DNA of 27,303 nucleotides from a virus (Duplodnaviria; Heunggongvirae; Uroviricota; Caudoviricetes): IMG/VR virus record IMGVR_UViG_2690315994_000016, positions 1 to 27,303 of that record; one strand, 5' to 3'. Shown piece by piece: positions 26,601 to 27,303 of this stretch (position 1 is its first letter; each line of letters starts with the position of its first letter). The notes under the pieces were generated by a model. It saw only the letters and a program-made list of their open reading frames with translations, ran no database searches and was not told where the DNA came from. The position numbers and the translations under genes were made by a program.

Positions 26601-27278
26601 TTATCGAGCTAAAATACTTAATGAATTTAACAACTGTATATCCAAGGTTTCACTTGAGGGCACTGGTAGTCCGTTCGCAATGCGATAATTTTTTATTGAC
26701 TGCCTTGTGGAAGGCCCCATTATGCCGTCAATATTCCCGTTGTAATAATCTTTGTCCAGCAAAGCGAATTGAACCCGCATGATTAAGCGCTTACGCTTCT
26801 CTGTACCAGAAGTCAGCCCATTACTTGCACGGTTAGCTTCTGTAGTTCCAACAGAATTCGTAGTAGTAGAGTTGTTATTGTCGTTAGAACGAAGCGAACG
26901 CACAGAGGAAGAGGACGATGAGGGACTTGTTCCTGAACTTGAAGACCCAGATGAACTTGGTGAGCTGTATGTTTTTGGATAATAGGGAGTGCTGCCACCA
27001 TAGTACCCGCCACCTGATGATGAACGGTGAGAACTATGGCTCCGATGGGAGCTATGACTGCGATGCCCTGCAATGTAGAATGGAACTTCGGTGTTAAGTG
27101 GGGCTATCACTAAATCATGTTCATTAAGAGTCATACCAGGCAAATCACTTGCCCATACAGAATTATTGAGTGCCAAAAACCCCGGAAGTAGAGCAGCAAA
27201 ATGAACCGCCCCGGGTTTCCTGGAGAGTGTTTTATCTGTGAACTCAGGCTGCCAGATCATCGTTTCCGATGGAAGCAT
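26601..27278 (-). CDS. Putative secreted peptidoglycan-binding protein with His/Ser-rich low-complexity linker
   Basis: Signal-peptide-like AALLPGFLALNNSVWA; HRSHSSHRSHSSHRSSS and poly-Ser tract; C-terminal LLDKDYYNGNIDGIMGPSTRQSIKNYRIANGLPV resembles PG_binding_1. Confidence 0.6.
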   Translation of the reverse strand: MLPSETMIWQPEFTDKTLSRKPGAVHFAALLPGFLALNNSVWASDLPGMTLNEHDLVIAPLNTEVPFYIAGHRSHSSHRSHSSHRSSSGGGYYGGSTPYYPKTYSSPSSSGSSSSGTSPSSSSSSVRSLRSNDNNNSTTTNSVGTTEANRASNGLTSGTEKRKRLIMRVQFALLDKDYYNGNIDGIMGPSTRQSIKNYRIANGLPVPSSETLDIQLLNSLSILAR

Positions 27279-27300
27279 AATAAGCTTTTTCTGCTTCTGC
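27201..27300. repeat. Right arm of ~100 bp inverted repeat (partner 7..106)
   Basis: Reverse complement matches positions 7..106 with 2 mismatches; covers the first 26 codons and ~23 bp of leader of the gene at 26601..27278. Confidence 0.85.
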
Positions 27301-27303
27301 CGG

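Noticed and set aside
26779-27073. Overlapping ORFs on both strands across the Ser/His-rich region
   Set aside because: Products are low-complexity mirror translations of the repeat tract of the PG-binding protein gene.
1-27303. CRISPR arrays or IS elements
   Set aside because: No regularly spaced short direct repeats and no transposase-like ORF seen; the only mobile-element signatures are the two integrases and the att fragment.

Overview
This window is a defective 186/P2-like (Peduovirus-type) prophage lying next to a second, P4/CP4-57-type integrase islet, with a 3'-terminal fragment of ssrA (tmRNA) sitting between the two integrases as a shared att-like site. All protein family calls are from reading the ORF translations and recalling motifs; no database search was possible. 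The phage backbone (about 55% GC by eye) reads, on the minus strand: truncated tail gene I, J, W, V, S, R, lysC/lysB spanins, endolysin, holin, X, L, terminase M, capsid N, scaffold O; then terminase P (interrupted by an in-frame TAG) and portal Q on the plus strand, a cos-like site, replication gene A, Dam methylase, a TraR-like protein, CII, Apl/Cox, the CI repressor and integrase. The prophage looks non-functional: gene I is cut after about 40 codons, all distal tail genes, D and ogr are absent, and P carries a nonsense codon. The left junction in gene I abuts a roughly 100 bp sequence that is an inverted copy of the far right end of the window. AT-rich accessory cargo sits at recognisable hotspots and is the main hunting ground: (1) a two-gene operon between tum and cos encoding a ComF-like PRTase-domain protein and a SLOG/DprA-like Rossmann protein, which I cannot match to a named system; (2) a zinc-ribbon plus HEPN-like (DUF4145-type) protein between Q and cos; (3) a large kinase-like/cytidine-deaminase fusion of the AvcD/DCD dNTP-depletion defence type between int and the ssrA fragment; (4) a 603 aa unknown protein with a small membrane protein beside the second integrase; (5) an AT-rich moron between tail genes S and V.
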